From: Limisphaerales bacterium
GTDB lineage: Bacteria; Verrucomicrobiota; Verrucomicrobiia; Limisphaerales; JAJOIW01
Direction of reading: 5' to 3'
Assembly (NCBI GenBank): GCA_965657355.1
Contig: CBFHOE010000006.1
Coordinates: forward strand, 79,217-143,216
Length of the DNA stretch: 64,000 nucleotides
The translations under genes were made by a program, and so were the position numbers. Numbering within the stretch: the stretch's first letter is position 1; each line of letters starts with the position of its first letter. Below the pieces are notes generated by a model that ran no database searches, had not been told where the DNA came from, and saw nothing but the letters and a program-made list of their open reading frames with translations. Below, one piece after another: positions 10,489 through 21,113 of the stretch.

Positions 10489-11427
10489 ATGAATCTCAAC
10501 GCTATCGAAGCAGAGAACCTGCATAAGTCGTATGGATCTAAAGAGGCTGTGCGAGGAATTACATTCCAAATTCCAAAAGGATGTGTCTATGGATTCCTTG
10601 GCCCAAATGGAGCGGGTAAAACGACGACTTTGCGAATGCTCATGGACATCATAAGTCCCGATAAAGGATCTATAACAATTCTTGGTTCAAATTCTATCCA
10701 ATTGGTTAGAAATAAAATTGGTTACCTGCCCGAAGAAAAAGGTCTCTATAAAGCCATGACGGCCGAATCATTTATGGCATTTTTAGGAGCTCTAAAAGGC
10801 ATGAAAAAGAATGAAGCCTTGAGAAAGGCCCGGCTATCGCTAGAGAAGTTTGGCATGGGCGAATATTCTCGAACCAAATTAGCAGGGCTCTCGAAAGGGC
10901 AAGGACAAAAAATTCAATTTCTAGCATCCATTTTACATGAGCCGGAGATTGTGATTTTCGATGAACCTTTCTCAGGTTTGGATCCGGTAAACCAGCAAGC
11001 GCTGGAAGAAATGATCATAAGATTATCAAAAGAGGGAAAAACAGTAATATTTTCAACACATGTCATGCAGCATGCTGAGAGGCTATGTGATAAATTTTTA
11101 TTAATTTCATCTGGCGAGAAGATATTTGATGGAAATATTCAAGAAGCGAGACAAATTCTTCAAAAAAGGGCCTTCCTCGTGACTGACGGAAATCCGGGAT
11201 TTCTAAATTCTCATGAAGGCATTCTCTCAGTTATTCCAGATATGTCATCGGCGGATGCGCGAATAAAAACCAATGGAACGAAGTGGGAGATTTGCATGGA
11301 CAAAAATGTCACGCCGCATTCCATTCTTGAATTCTGTTACAAAGAGCAAATCGAAGTAAGCCAGTTCGAGTATGCAGAACCTTCACTTCATGAAATTTTT
11401 GTTCACCTTGTGGAATCGAATACCTAA
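10489..11427 (+). CDS. ABC-2 type transporter ATP-binding protein (NatA/YhaQ-like)
   Basis: Walker A GPNGAGKTT, signature LSKGQ, Walker B VIFDEPFSGLD, H-loop STH. Confidence 0.92.
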   Translation: MNLNAIEAENLHKSYGSKEAVRGITFQIPKGCVYGFLGPNGAGKTTTLRMLMDIISPDKGSITILGSNSIQLVRNKIGYLPEEKGLYKAMTAESFMAFLGALKGMKKNEALRKARLSLEKFGMGEYSRTKLAGLSKGQGQKIQFLASILHEPEIVIFDEPFSGLDPVNQQALEEMIIRLSKEGKTVIFSTHVMQHAERLCDKFLLISSGEKIFDGNIQEARQILQKRAFLVTDGNPGFLNSHEGILSVIPDMSSADARIKTNGTKWEICMDKNVTPHSILEFCYKEQIEVSQFEYAEPSLHEIFVHLVESNT

Positions 11428-11432
11428 GAACA

Positions 11433-12911
11433 ATGAGAAATGCATTACTCATAGCGGCTCGTGAATATATCGAGAATGTAAAAACCAAAGGGTTTTGGAT
11501 ATCGATTCTTGTCTTACCGATTATTTTATCCTTCACAATAGTCGTGCCTCGGTTATTGGAAGACAAGGCTATTCCTACTCGACATTTTGCGGTCATAGAC
11601 CCAAATGATATACTCAAGGATCACATCAAAAGAGCTGTAGATCAAACTCATGCATCAAGAATTTTTTCAGCCCTTCAGGAATATTTAAATGAGCATAGTT
11701 TATCGCATAAATTGGATACTGCCATGTCTAGGCTTGCCCAATGGAATTCCGGCCCACTAGATGAAAGAGAGCCGTTTAACACATCTGAATTTGTGTCAAA
11801 AGAAGCGCCTGAATTTGAATCACCGAGAGAAAAATTTCGTTTAATTGAGTTACCTGATATTGATACCGATGAGAATAAAACAACAAACTCCATTGATGAA
11901 GTAAGGCAATTCTTAAATGGGAAAAAAATCCTTAAAAATAATGGAACGCCAATAGAACTTTTTGCTGCATTCATTATAAAAGAGGAAGAAGGCGGATCAC
12001 AGGGGAAAGTTTCCAAAATAGAATATTGGTCAACAAACCCTAGTGAAGAGTCCATTAAAAATTTAGTAGAGCAAACGGCAAATCTTAGAGCTAGACGTAA
12101 AGCTTTAACGAATCAAGGGCTCAATCCTGACGACATAGAAAAGACTATGCAAATTCGCATTCCTATATTGGAGTTTGATGCCCGTAAAGAACAAGGAAGC
12201 GAAAAAGTACAAATCTCAGATAAAATCAAACAATGGGCACCAAGTGCTTTTGTTTACTTGCTTTTCCTTTCTCTGATGACTGTGATGCAAATGATTCTCA
12301 ACAGTACCATCGAAGAAAAATCAAACCGACTTTTAGAGATTCTTTTATCCTCGGTAAAACCAATTGAAATAATGATAGGAAAATTATTAGGAAATGGATT
12401 AGCCGGCATGACCCTCATTGGTATTTGGATTCTTCTTATGGCAGGATTTACGCTCACTACGATGGATTCAAATTCTGAAGTACTACAAGGCGTGTCTTCG
12501 GTTGTCAGTGGAACAATTCTTCTTCCTGCATTTTTGGTTTACTTTGTCTTAGGCTTTTTAGTCTATTCTGGGATATTTCTAATGATCGGAAGTACGTGCC
12601 AAACAATCAAAGACGCCCAAAGTTATGTAGGGTTTTTAATGGTCATAATGATTGTTCCACTTGTAACAATGGTATTTATTCCCAGAGACCCAAACGGGAC
12701 TTTGGCAACAACATTGTCTTGGGTCCCAATATTTACCCCATTTATCATGCTGAACCGCTTGAGTGGACAACCTCCCATTCACGAAATTATTGGCACCTTT
12801 ATATTTTCCTGTGCGACAATCATGATTATTCTAAACATCGCAGCGAAAGTTTTTAAAAAATCAATCATTGCCAATGGTGCGAGCTCTAGTAAAAGGAATT
12901 CAGATCAATGA
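11433..12911 (+). CDS. ABC-2 type transporter permease (NatB/YhaP-like)
   Basis: IAAREY N-terminus, large extracytoplasmic loop, IEEKSNRLLEILLSS motif, multiple TM segments; 5 bp after the ATPase gene. Confidence 0.9.
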   Translation: MRNALLIAAREYIENVKTKGFWISILVLPIILSFTIVVPRLLEDKAIPTRHFAVIDPNDILKDHIKRAVDQTHASRIFSALQEYLNEHSLSHKLDTAMSRLAQWNSGPLDEREPFNTSEFVSKEAPEFESPREKFRLIELPDIDTDENKTTNSIDEVRQFLNGKKILKNNGTPIELFAAFIIKEEEGGSQGKVSKIEYWSTNPSEESIKNLVEQTANLRARRKALTNQGLNPDDIEKTMQIRIPILEFDARKEQGSEKVQISDKIKQWAPSAFVYLLFLSLMTVMQMILNSTIEEKSNRLLEILLSSVKPIEIMIGKLLGNGLAGMTLIGIWILLMAGFTLTTMDSNSEVLQGVSSVVSGTILLPAFLVYFVLGFLVYSGIFLMIGSTCQTIKDAQSYVGFLMVIMIVPLVTMVFIPRDPNGTLATTLSWVPIFTPFIMLNRLSGQPPIHEIIGTFIFSCATIMIILNIAAKVFKKSIIANGASSSKRNSDQ

Positions 12912-13034
12912 TACGGTTCATTTTTGACCTTCCATGGCGAGGTATTTAATGATCTTTTCCAAAAAGGGTTTCGGAATTTAAATCAAACTTTCGAGGGGTA
13001 TATGAGTTTAATAATTCAAATTTAAATTTTACGA

Positions 13035-13586
13035 TTGATGCATCACATTAAATTAAACTATTCCAATTTCAAAGGTAGGGTCAGAAAATATGTCTCTGAT
13101 AATGGAAGCGTCGCCAAGGTGGTTTTGCCCACCAATAATCGACGAGGCAAGAATAACTTTGCTCTATTGAGATTAACTGTGGCCACCTGCGATCAGGTCA
13201 TTTTTGAGATTCCTACTCATAGAAAAAAATCATTTTTTTCCGTGCTAAGGGACGAAAGCTCCAAGCTTGAAAACGAACTTTCATCAGAGCCTGATCCTAA
13301 TGAATGGGGCATCTTCGAGGAGCCTTTGCTTCCTATGGGTGATTACAATCCGATAATTCGAAAAGCAAATAAGAATAAAAATTACGCAAACGTGGTGGTA
13401 AAAAAGGACTCGGTTACGCCCACAAAAAATCAGGTTATAGCGTCGGCATCAAGTGAGATAAATTGTCTCAAAAGCGAAGACCAACTCTTGGATCATAGCT
13501 CAGAAAACAAGCAAAAGACCTGTCAAAATTCGATGCGGGGCCAGGGAGGGCTGGTTGGGTTTATGTCTAGAATCTTTAAAAGTTAA
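13035..13586 (+). CDS. Hypothetical protein
   Basis: 183-aa ORF filling an otherwise empty gap; no motif recognised. Confidence 0.55.
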   Translation: MMHHIKLNYSNFKGRVRKYVSDNGSVAKVVLPTNNRRGKNNFALLRLTVATCDQVIFEIPTHRKKSFFSVLRDESSKLENELSSEPDPNEWGIFEEPLLPMGDYNPIIRKANKNKNYANVVVKKDSVTPTKNQVIASASSEINCLKSEDQLLDHSSENKQKTCQNSMRGQGGLVGFMSRIFKS

Positions 13587-13603
13587 AAGCGCCTGTCGTC
13601 AAA

Positions 13604-14971
13604 TTACATTTCCCACTCTGACCAGCTAATAAGTTCAGCCAAAGCGGGTCGCCCATCGTGCCTCCAATGTAATGGGGGGTCTTGCATCTGACCGATGGGA
13701 CAAATGCGTGAGGCACCCCAGTTAGCAATCTGTTTGGCAAGATCATCTGACTCGTCATCGGCAGCACTTAGAGCTACGGTTGAAATTTTCTCTTGGATAG
13801 GAACAGCTCCGTGAAGCGCTTCATCCAACGAACCGACTCCCTTAATGTAAATAAACCTATTTCCACATGACATTTGAAAGCGAATGTCATCTTCATAAAT
13901 GACTGTCCAGTCTGTGCCATCCTGGCTGGCATACAGGACTGTATCTTTTGAAGTCGCAGAGCGAATTTCGTAAAATGATCGTCGTGATCGCATAATCGCA
14001 GATTCTCGCACGCTTAGCGGAGCCCTGGGAAAGACCAGTCTTTGCTTTTCCAACTCTTCGGCCAACATTTCTGCAAATTTTTCTGGAGGGACAATTCCTT
14101 TTTGTTGCACGTAGAATACGTGTGGAGAGAGACACCCGTGTTGGTCCCATCTCATCACGTCTTGAGCTGCAGCACTAACTAACCGCTTTAAACCTAATCC
14201 GCTGATTGATTTTCTGGATATGTAACCGAAACTAACCTTGTGCCCGTAATCCAAAAATTTGGAGGTGTGAGGGACTGCCTCCCCAACATTATCAACTGCT
14301 TTGTCCGATCCAGAAACAGTCACAATATCTGCTTTCTCGTACAATATAGATTCGATATCAGAGCGACCCCCTTTCCATTCTGCAATTTCTAAGCAGGCGC
14401 CTAATTTAGAGTCATGCTGATAGAGGGAATGAGCGAATAAGCGTGGAACGAAACTTGCGCCACTCGCACATTTGATAAATTGTGATGACTTTACCAAAAG
14501 CCCTGTAACCATTGACATGATTGCAGGGACAGGAAGGTTACCTGAAGTGATGTGCGTTATCAGTTGAGGTCCGCGAACAATTGATGATTTATTCTCACGT
14601 GCTTCCATTCTCGTTGATACGAGATTGTCGAGCCTTTCAACATGACCAAACTCCTGGGTTAGCCAAAATTCAAATTTCTCAGGTGTCCACTGAGAAAACA
14701 TCCTATCTAATCCATCAAGGAGGACTTCAATTGAAAACCCGGACTTTTCTGCACCCTCTTCGATAAGTTTTCTCCGAAATGGAAATTCATCATCTTGCCA
14801 ATTCTCAGCTAGGTTACACAGGCTGTGGGCAATTTGGCTTGTCGATCTCGGCTTGAGGTAGCGATCACCATTTTCTTTAAGCCGGTCACAAGCTTCACCG
14901 ACTAATTTCGGTTGAACGCCTATTTCTTCTGGAAGGTCTATGAGAAAAAAGTCTGGTAGATTTAATTCCAT
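13604..14971 (-). CDS. Acyl-CoA reductase, LuxC-like (ALDH superfamily)
   Basis: HITSGNLP, YGHKVSFG, DQHGCLSPH (catalytic Cys), GASRICPIGQMQ..WRHDG. Confidence 0.85.
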   Translation of the reverse strand: MELNLPDFFLIDLPEEIGVQPKLVGEACDRLKENGDRYLKPRSTSQIAHSLCNLAENWQDDEFPFRRKLIEEGAEKSGFSIEVLLDGLDRMFSQWTPEKFEFWLTQEFGHVERLDNLVSTRMEARENKSSIVRGPQLITHITSGNLPVPAIMSMVTGLLVKSSQFIKCASGASFVPRLFAHSLYQHDSKLGACLEIAEWKGGRSDIESILYEKADIVTVSGSDKAVDNVGEAVPHTSKFLDYGHKVSFGYISRKSISGLGLKRLVSAAAQDVMRWDQHGCLSPHVFYVQQKGIVPPEKFAEMLAEELEKQRLVFPRAPLSVRESAIMRSRRSFYEIRSATSKDTVLYASQDGTDWTVIYEDDIRFQMSCGNRFIYIKGVGSLDEALHGAVPIQEKISTVALSAADDESDDLAKQIANWGASRICPIGQMQDPPLHWRHDGRPALAELISWSEWEM

Positions 14972-14974
14972 CTT

Positions 14975-16144
14975 CTATGGGTCTTTGGAAAAAGATAATC
15001 CGGTTTCTGAAAGGGAACAACCTTTTGGTTCGCTCAAATGCGATCTTCCAATAACTTCAAATCCACCGTGCCATTGAGCTCCGATATCCTCAGTTTCAAT
15101 AGCAAAAACCGACCACGTGTTGGCCAAATCGAAAACTTGTATGACACCTGGTTCTCCCAAAGAACTTAACTTTCCGGATTCCGGATTAATGATTCTGACG
15201 CGCATCCATGGGGGGCATACGTACGGATTTGGTGGTGATCCAGGAATTCTATAAGCTTGGCTACTCAATTCACTCATACCATATTCTGTTATAATTTGGT
15301 GACCTTCAACATTAAGAGAATCTGAGATCATTTCGTGCAGCTCATTACGCGAAACTTCGCGGGATTGGCCTTTGTACCCTCCAGTCTCCATAACTAAAGA
15401 ACCTTCAGGAAGGTTGATTTTTGTCTTTCGTTTATGGAGATAATCAGTCAGATGGACATAAGAAAAAGCCGTCCCCATAAAAATGACGGGTTGCTGGATA
15501 ACTGCGCAAGACTCAATAAGAGTATTTATTTTATCTTCACTAATTCTCCAATACCCTTCGTGACCGACATCTGAAATATATTTTATTTTTTCATTGTGAG
15601 GGGAGAGAGTGGCTCCCGCAAGAGTTTGAACCATGTGAGCTAATGAAGAGTTTGGAGCAAGTGATGCCTCAGGTATCATCGAGACGAATATCCCATTCCA
15701 ATTTTTTAGAGAGGCATGTAAAAACAAATTCTCGAACCCTGAAACCAAGGAGCTTTGGTATAATGCTAAGGACTTGTTTGAATGATAATGGTGGCTTCTT
15801 GCCTTACCAGTAGTGCCACTCGAAACAAAAAAATGGGCAACTTCAGATTCATCGAGACACGTTAGTCTGAATTCCTTGAAAGCGCGGATTGGGACAGCGG
15901 GAATGTCATGCCACATTCTTGTTTTTTCCGGTGTTTGATCAAACTTTTCACACCATTTTCTGTAGGGTCTATTTCTATCAAATTGAATTGAGAACAACTC
16001 CAGGGCCATGGTATTGAACCAATCTGTGGAACCGTCCAATACGTCAGGATCGACAGGCCAATCCTTGATATATCCGTGCAGCCTGGAGACAAAGTTCTGT
16101 AATAATTGAGTTGTATCTCTCACATCGATTCTAAACTGGGACAA
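14975..16144 (-). CDS. Acyl-protein synthetase / long-chain fatty-acid ligase, LuxE-like
   Basis: IPAVPIRAFKE, FVSSGTTG, METGGYKG, TEYGMSELSSQAY, DLAN, TEDIG, C-terminal EPKGCS. Confidence 0.85.
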   Translation of the reverse strand: MSQFRIDVRDTTQLLQNFVSRLHGYIKDWPVDPDVLDGSTDWFNTMALELFSIQFDRNRPYRKWCEKFDQTPEKTRMWHDIPAVPIRAFKEFRLTCLDESEVAHFFVSSGTTGKARSHHYHSNKSLALYQSSLVSGFENLFLHASLKNWNGIFVSMIPEASLAPNSSLAHMVQTLAGATLSPHNEKIKYISDVGHEGYWRISEDKINTLIESCAVIQQPVIFMGTAFSYVHLTDYLHKRKTKINLPEGSLVMETGGYKGQSREVSRNELHEMISDSLNVEGHQIITEYGMSELSSQAYRIPGSPPNPYVCPPWMRVRIINPESGKLSSLGEPGVIQVFDLANTWSVFAIETEDIGAQWHGGFEVIGRSHLSEPKGCSLSETGLSFSKDP

Positions 16145-16272
16145 GTTTTAGGATAATTTAATCTTTTATATACCATAGCTTAGTGTATAAATAGCTCATT
16201 CCCAGTTTTTAAATAATTCTGAAAAATATCTATTATTTAATTATATATTCAGAATTTTTATGTTCACAAGCC

Positions 16273-17046
16273 ATGATGATGATATCTACTGTCATTTCAG
16301 CAAAAAGGAATAAGGTCGAGAGAATGAGCCTGGGATTCACTTTGATTGAACTTCTGGTCGTTATCGCCATCATTGCTATTCTTGGAAGCATGTTGTTGCC
16401 TGCTTTGGCAAGCTCGAAAGAAAAAGCCAAAAGAGTGAAGTGTGGAAACAATATTCGGCAATTAACTCTCTCATCGATTATGTATGCGAGTGATAATAAA
16501 GATAACTTCCAACCTGCGGGTTCCCCAAATGCTCCATATTGGGTTGAAAGGAAATTTCGAGATTCCTTAATAAATGGATATGCTATACGAAGGCGTCAAT
16601 TTTATTGCCCTTCAAATCGAGCTTGGGATAGAGACGATTTTTGGAATTGGCCAAACTCACAAAATACAGTTATTGGATATTTTTATTTTGCATCAGATCA
16701 ACGGCTAGAAACGGATTTAAATATTTATCGAGGGTTGGGAAATCCTCGCCCTGCAATAAAGCCAATCTTTCCTCAGAAAACGACAGATAAACCCAACTAC
16801 CCGGTGATCTGGGTCGATCTCAATAGAAGATATTCTAATTCATGGGAAAGGCCAGGAGACCGCACACCTTTATCTAGAGGTGTTAATCATTTTCAATCAA
16901 AGCAAAGAATTCCTGATGGCGGAAATCATGGATTTCTCGATGGACATGTAGATTGGGTCCCGGGGAATCGCTTCATACAAAAGGCGAAAATCAGACTGGG
17001 ATCTACTGAAATTTTCTTTGCCTCATTTAGAGAAGCCAATAGGTAA
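16273..17046 (+). CDS. Prepilin-type N-terminal cleavage/methylation protein with C-terminal H-X9-DG-like motif (PVC type)
   Basis: [30 protein letters not shown]...[13 protein letters not shown]. Confidence 0.9.
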   Translation: MMMISTVISAKRNKVERMSLGFTLIELLVVIAIIAILGSMLLPALASSKEKAKRVKCGNNIRQLTLSSIMYASDNKDNFQPAGSPNAPYWVERKFRDSLINGYAIRRRQFYCPSNRAWDRDDFWNWPNSQNTVIGYFYFASDQRLETDLNIYRGLGNPRPAIKPIFPQKTTDKPNYPVIWVDLNRRYSNSWERPGDRTPLSRGVNHFQSKQRIPDGGNHGFLDGHVDWVPGNRFIQKAKIRLGSTEIFFASFREANR

Positions 17047-17098
17047 CAAATCAATAATTTATTTTTCTCAAATTAAGTTGAACAACAAATTCAAAACT

Positions 17099-20000
17099 AT
17101 GAACAAGTATAACCCAATCAATCGATTCGTATGCGTGTGGGCCATTTCTATTGCTTTCTCATGCTTTTATAATTATTTGAGAGCAGATATAGATGATGGC
17201 CTTATCGTTCATTTGGCCCTTGATGACGCTGAAGGAACTGTTGCTGCTGATTCATCAGGTAATGAAAATGAAGGAACTTTGTTTGATTTCGCAAGCGCGG
17301 GAACGCAATGGATTGAAGGCCAATTCGATAACGGGCTTGAACTAGGCGGTGGACATATCGCTGCTGATGGACTTCCAAATATGTCAGCGACTACGTGGGC
17401 AACATGGGTAAAGCTCACTTCAGACTCCAATTACGGTGCCGCCATTTCGGCTACGTTTGAAGGGGCGGGAGCCGGTCACAGTCTCGGCTTTCACACCGGA
17501 GGATCAATACGAAATCCCCGAGTATTGTGGAATCACAACGCAGGGCACCTTTCAATAATCTCACCAGATGCAGTAGAACTGGGGGAATGGAATCATCTAG
17601 CTCTAACTTATAATCCAGATGAAGAAATACTGATTCTTTATGTCAATGGTCAGGAGAAAGGGTCAGGTAACGTCGGGACTTCTGAGTTTAGCTCCATCAA
17701 TATAGGAAGAAGAGAGTCTTCAGAGAATTCGCCACTCAATGGAGGCGTCGATGATGTCGCCATATTTGATCGAGCGCTTTCGGCTGATGAAATCATGGAT
17801 TTAGTCAATGGCGAAGAAATCACAGACGGCCTTATACTTAATTGGAAATTAAATGAAACTGATGGGCTAGTTGCAAATGACTCCTCCGGCAATGACCATC
17901 ATGGAGCACTTGAAGGATTTCCACCTGCTGAAGTTGAGGACTGGACCATAGGTAGGGTCGACGGAGCATTAGATTTTAGCAAAGCAGCTCACGTCGGGGT
18001 ATCTGGATTTCCAGAAATGATAGATACAACGTGGTCAGTATGGGTCAATCTCAATGCTCAACCTAATTATGGAGCTGCCATATCGGCAACATTTGATGGT
18101 GCAGGTGCAGGGCATAGCCTTGGATTCCACACTGGAGGAACTGCGTATAATCCAAGAATCCTGTGGAATCATAATGCTGGACATGCGAGTATCATCAGCC
18201 CGGAACCAGTGGCACAAGGTGAATGGAATCATCTCTTGATGACATACGATTCAACTGCCGGGGAGGCGGCTCTATTTGTCAACGGAGAAGAGAAAGGAAG
18301 AAGTGAAGTCGGGACGAATCCGTTCTCATCTATAAACCTGGGTCGAAGGGAATCATCAGCTAATACATACCTCAATGCCATAATTGACGAGGTAAGAATC
18401 TACAATAGGGTTTTGGACACGCCCGAGATCCAGGAACTTGCTTCTCTAGGGGCTCCATCTGGACCACCCGAAATCGTCAAAAGCCCAGAATCTCAAACCA
18501 GATATGAAGGCAGCACTGCTCGCTTTTCTGTAGAAGCAACCGGGGCAGAACCACTTCGATATCTCTGGTTCAAAGGGGAAGAGCCCTTGAGGGATCAAAC
18601 CGAATCGACCTTTATTATTCAGCACTTAAAGTCAGGGGATGAGGGAGAATATTCCGTTAGAGTATCAAACGATGCAGGAGAGGTAAAATCAGAGACAGTA
18701 AGCCTTTCGGTAACGGGGGTTGAAGGAATTCAAACAGCGAGGCAACTCTTTCTCAAACTCGATGAATCAACCGGACTCAATGCCGCAGACGATTCAGGCA
18801 ATGATAATAACGGAACGCTGGAAGGATTCCCTGATGACTCTGGGCATTGGACAGACGGGCAGGTAGATGGAGGACTGGCGTTTGATGGCGCCGGTGGATT
18901 TGTCAGCATTGAAAATTCCGACTCACTCTCAAATTTGAGTGACGAAGCTTCATTCGCTTTCTGGCTTAACATCGATTCCTATGGACCTGAAGAAAATGCC
19001 GGAACATTTAACAGGGCAGCGAGCTTTCTTTTAAGTAAAGGTAATCATTTTCACGTTAAAATAATCGACGACCCGGGATCTGTTGCGCGTACTTTAGTCG
19101 TTAGAGGCGCCGAAGGTGATGCCACAAGCGCAGTCCCAAAGCAAGCGTCTGATGTAAATGCAGTTCAAGGCACGCTCACTCTGGATAATTGGCAGCATTG
19201 GATCATTGTTTACCGAAACGGTAAAATTTCTTTTTATCAAAACGGTTTTCGAGTTGGAGAACCTGAGGAGGGAATGCTTGGGGCTCCGAATATGGAACCA
19301 CTGACCATTGGAGATTTTGATTCAATCAGTGCTGGTTTAAGAAACCTGAGCGGCGTCATTGACGAACTTAGTATTTGGGGCCGCCCTCTTAGCGAAACAG
19401 AAATTCTTGAACTTGCAGGAAGAGACGTCACTGGCCCGCCCGTCATCGCGTCACAGCCAAATGATAGAAAAAGATTGGAAGGATCCTCCACCTTTTTTGA
19501 AGTTTTTGTTTCCGGAAAAAGACCTGTTACCTATCAGTGGTTTAAAGATGGTTCGCCAATAGAAGGAGCACAATCAAGCCGATTTGAGATAACCAAAATT
19601 TCTACAGAAGATGCAGGTGACTACACCGTGGCTATGACTAACTCACAAGGTGAGGTAACAACAGAGGCAGCGACTTTGGAGGTTGAAACACTCGGAGATG
19701 TCACCTCAGGCCTTGTCGCTTATTACCCATTTAACGAGGAGGATGGAGATAAACTCAAAGACGCTAGCGGCAATGGAATTGACGGAGATCTTCAGAATTT
19801 TGATGATGGATTTAGCAATTCGGGGGTCGTCGGGGGAGCGTTCTCCTTTGACGGATTGGACGATTTCATTATCGTTCCTCATAATGACCTTATGAATTTA
19901 ACCGATCAGGCGACTGTTTCTGTTTGGTTGAATCCGGTATCCGTATCAAATAATGGAGACTTTGATCGAGTTCTGAGGAAGGATGTAAACTTTGATCTCG

Positions 20001-21082
20001 TCTTGATAAATGGTGGCGTTGCAAGGGTTCATGGCATTAACAAAACCCCTTATTCTTCTCCAGCCGACACCGTTGTTAACGGAGAATGGCAGCATTTTGC
20101 ATACACCTTCAAGAATGAGCAGGTTCAGTGGTATAAAAATGGTGCCCCCGTTGGCCCACCGATTCCTGGTAATCTTGGAGCGACTAATAGCAATCCACTT
20201 GTTATAAGCAATTTCAAGCCAAGCAATGATATCCCCCGATTATTTGAAGGGCTCATGGATGAGCTGGGAATCTGGCAGCGCGCTTTAAGTGCTTCAGCGA
20301 TCGCTGGCATCTACGAAAACGGACTAAGAGGAAAACCACTGAATGTGGAATTTGAACCACTAAACATTCGTTCAGTTGGAACAGAAGTAGATAAAATTTC
20401 AATCGTCTTCTTCACGCCATTCGAAAATAGAGAACACAAAATAATCACCAAAACTGATTTTGGAATAGATGGATGGACGAATGTTCAGGATGTCGAGATT
20501 GCAGATTTGGGGCCAGGATTATTTCAAGCCAGCTTTGATCCCCCAGCATCAGGAGCTGGATTTTACAGAGTCAGTGCTATTTCACCCCCTCCTCTATTCG
20601 AGGCTAATTTCGAGGATGGAGGTTTAGAGGGATGGACTAGAGGTGGGAATCCCGAAGGCCTTTGGGAAGTCGGGCCACCTGTCACAGGCCCAGATGGAGC
20701 AGCTCAAGGAAGTAACGTCCTGGCAACGGACCTTGATGGAAACTTCGTCGATTTCACAGATTCATTTATCAGGACACCTGAAATAGATCTTTCGAATATT
20801 AATTCGGCCACTCTTAATTTTAGGGAGTGGTTTAGTGTCGATGACGTCGTAGATTTTCACCAGGTCATTGTTAACGTCGTGGAGCCAGGGGCTGAGAATG
20901 GAGAGGTCTTGGTAGAATTGTCGAGATCTGCCGGCACCACACCGGGTTGGACCGAAAAATCTTTGCGCCTAACTGGCGATGCTGTAGGAAGGAAAATACA
21001 AATCGAATTCCGCTTGGTGACTGATGACTTCAGGCCATTACCGGGTTGGTATATAGACGAAGTTTCAATCACCGAGAACTAA
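17099..21082 (+). CDS. Large secreted protein with four LamG-like jellyroll domains, two Ig-like domains and a C-terminal beta-sandwich; start likely ATG 17099
   Basis: Signal peptide; four units with D.SGN..G.L, WNH/WQH and DE..I..R.L patterns; YLWFKG/YQWFKDG..D.G.Y.V (Ig); terminal GWYIDEV domain. Confidence 0.88.
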   Translation: MNKYNPINRFVCVWAISIAFSCFYNYLRADIDDGLIVHLALDDAEGTVAADSSGNENEGTLFDFASAGTQWIEGQFDNGLELGGGHIAADGLPNMSATTWATWVKLTSDSNYGAAISATFEGAGAGHSLGFHTGGSIRNPRVLWNHNAGHLSIISPDAVELGEWNHLALTYNPDEEILILYVNGQEKGSGNVGTSEFSSINIGRRESSENSPLNGGVDDVAIFDRALSADEIMDLVNGEEITDGLILNWKLNETDGLVANDSSGNDHHGALEGFPPAEVEDWTIGRVDGALDFSKAAHVGVSGFPEMIDTTWSVWVNLNAQPNYGAAISATFDGAGAGHSLGFHTGGTAYNPRILWNHNAGHASIISPEPVAQGEWNHLLMTYDSTAGEAALFVNGEEKGRSEVGTNPFSSINLGRRESSANTYLNAIIDEVRIYNRVLDTPEIQELASLGAPSGPPEIVKSPESQTRYEGSTARFSVEATGAEPLRYLWFKGEEPLRDQTESTFIIQHLKSGDEGEYSVRVSNDAGEVKSETVSLSVTGVEGIQTARQLFLKLDESTGLNAADDSGNDNNGTLEGFPDDSGHWTDGQVDGGLAFDGAGGFVSIENSDSLSNLSDEASFAFWLNIDSYGPEENAGTFNRAASFLLSKGNHFHVKIIDDPGSVARTLVVRGAEGDATSAVPKQASDVNAVQGTLTLDNWQHWIIVYRNGKISFYQNGFRVGEPEEGMLGAPNMEPLTIGDFDSISAGLRNLSGVIDELSIWGRPLSETEILELAGRDVTGPPVIASQPNDRKRLEGSSTFFEVFVSGKRPVTYQWFKDGSPIEGAQSSRFEITKISTEDAGDYTVAMTNSQGEVTTEAATLEVETLGDVTSGLVAYYPFNEEDGDKLKDASGNGIDGDLQNFDDGFSNSGVVGGAFSFDGLDDFIIVPHNDLMNLTDQATVSVWLNPVSVSNNGDFDRVLRKDVNFDLVLINGGVARVHGINKTPYSSPADTVVNGEWQHFAYTFKNEQVQWYKNGAPVGPPIPGNLGATNSNPLVISNFKPSNDIPRLFEGLMDELGIWQRALSASAIAGIYENGLRGKPLNVEFEPLNIRSVGTEVDKISIVFFTPFENREHKIITKTDFGIDGWTNVQDVEIADLGPGLFQASFDPPASGAGFYRVSAISPPPLFEANFEDGGLEGWTRGGNPEGLWEVGPPVTGPDGAAQGSNVLATDLDGNFVDFTDSFIRTPEIDLSNINSATLNFREWFSVDDVVDFHQVIVNVVEPGAENGEVLVELSRSAGTTPGWTEKSLRLTGDAVGRKIQIEFRLVTDDFRPLPGWYIDEVSITEN

Positions 21083-21113
21083 AAAATACCAAAAAAGCAC
21101 GCGATCAAGATTC

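Noticed and set aside
13604..16144. Bioluminescence (lux) operon
   Set aside because: No luciferase, luxD or luxG in the window; only the reductase pair is present
17018..17098. TTG start extending the LamG protein into the prepilin gene
   Set aside because: ATG at 17099 gives a normal signal peptide without overlap
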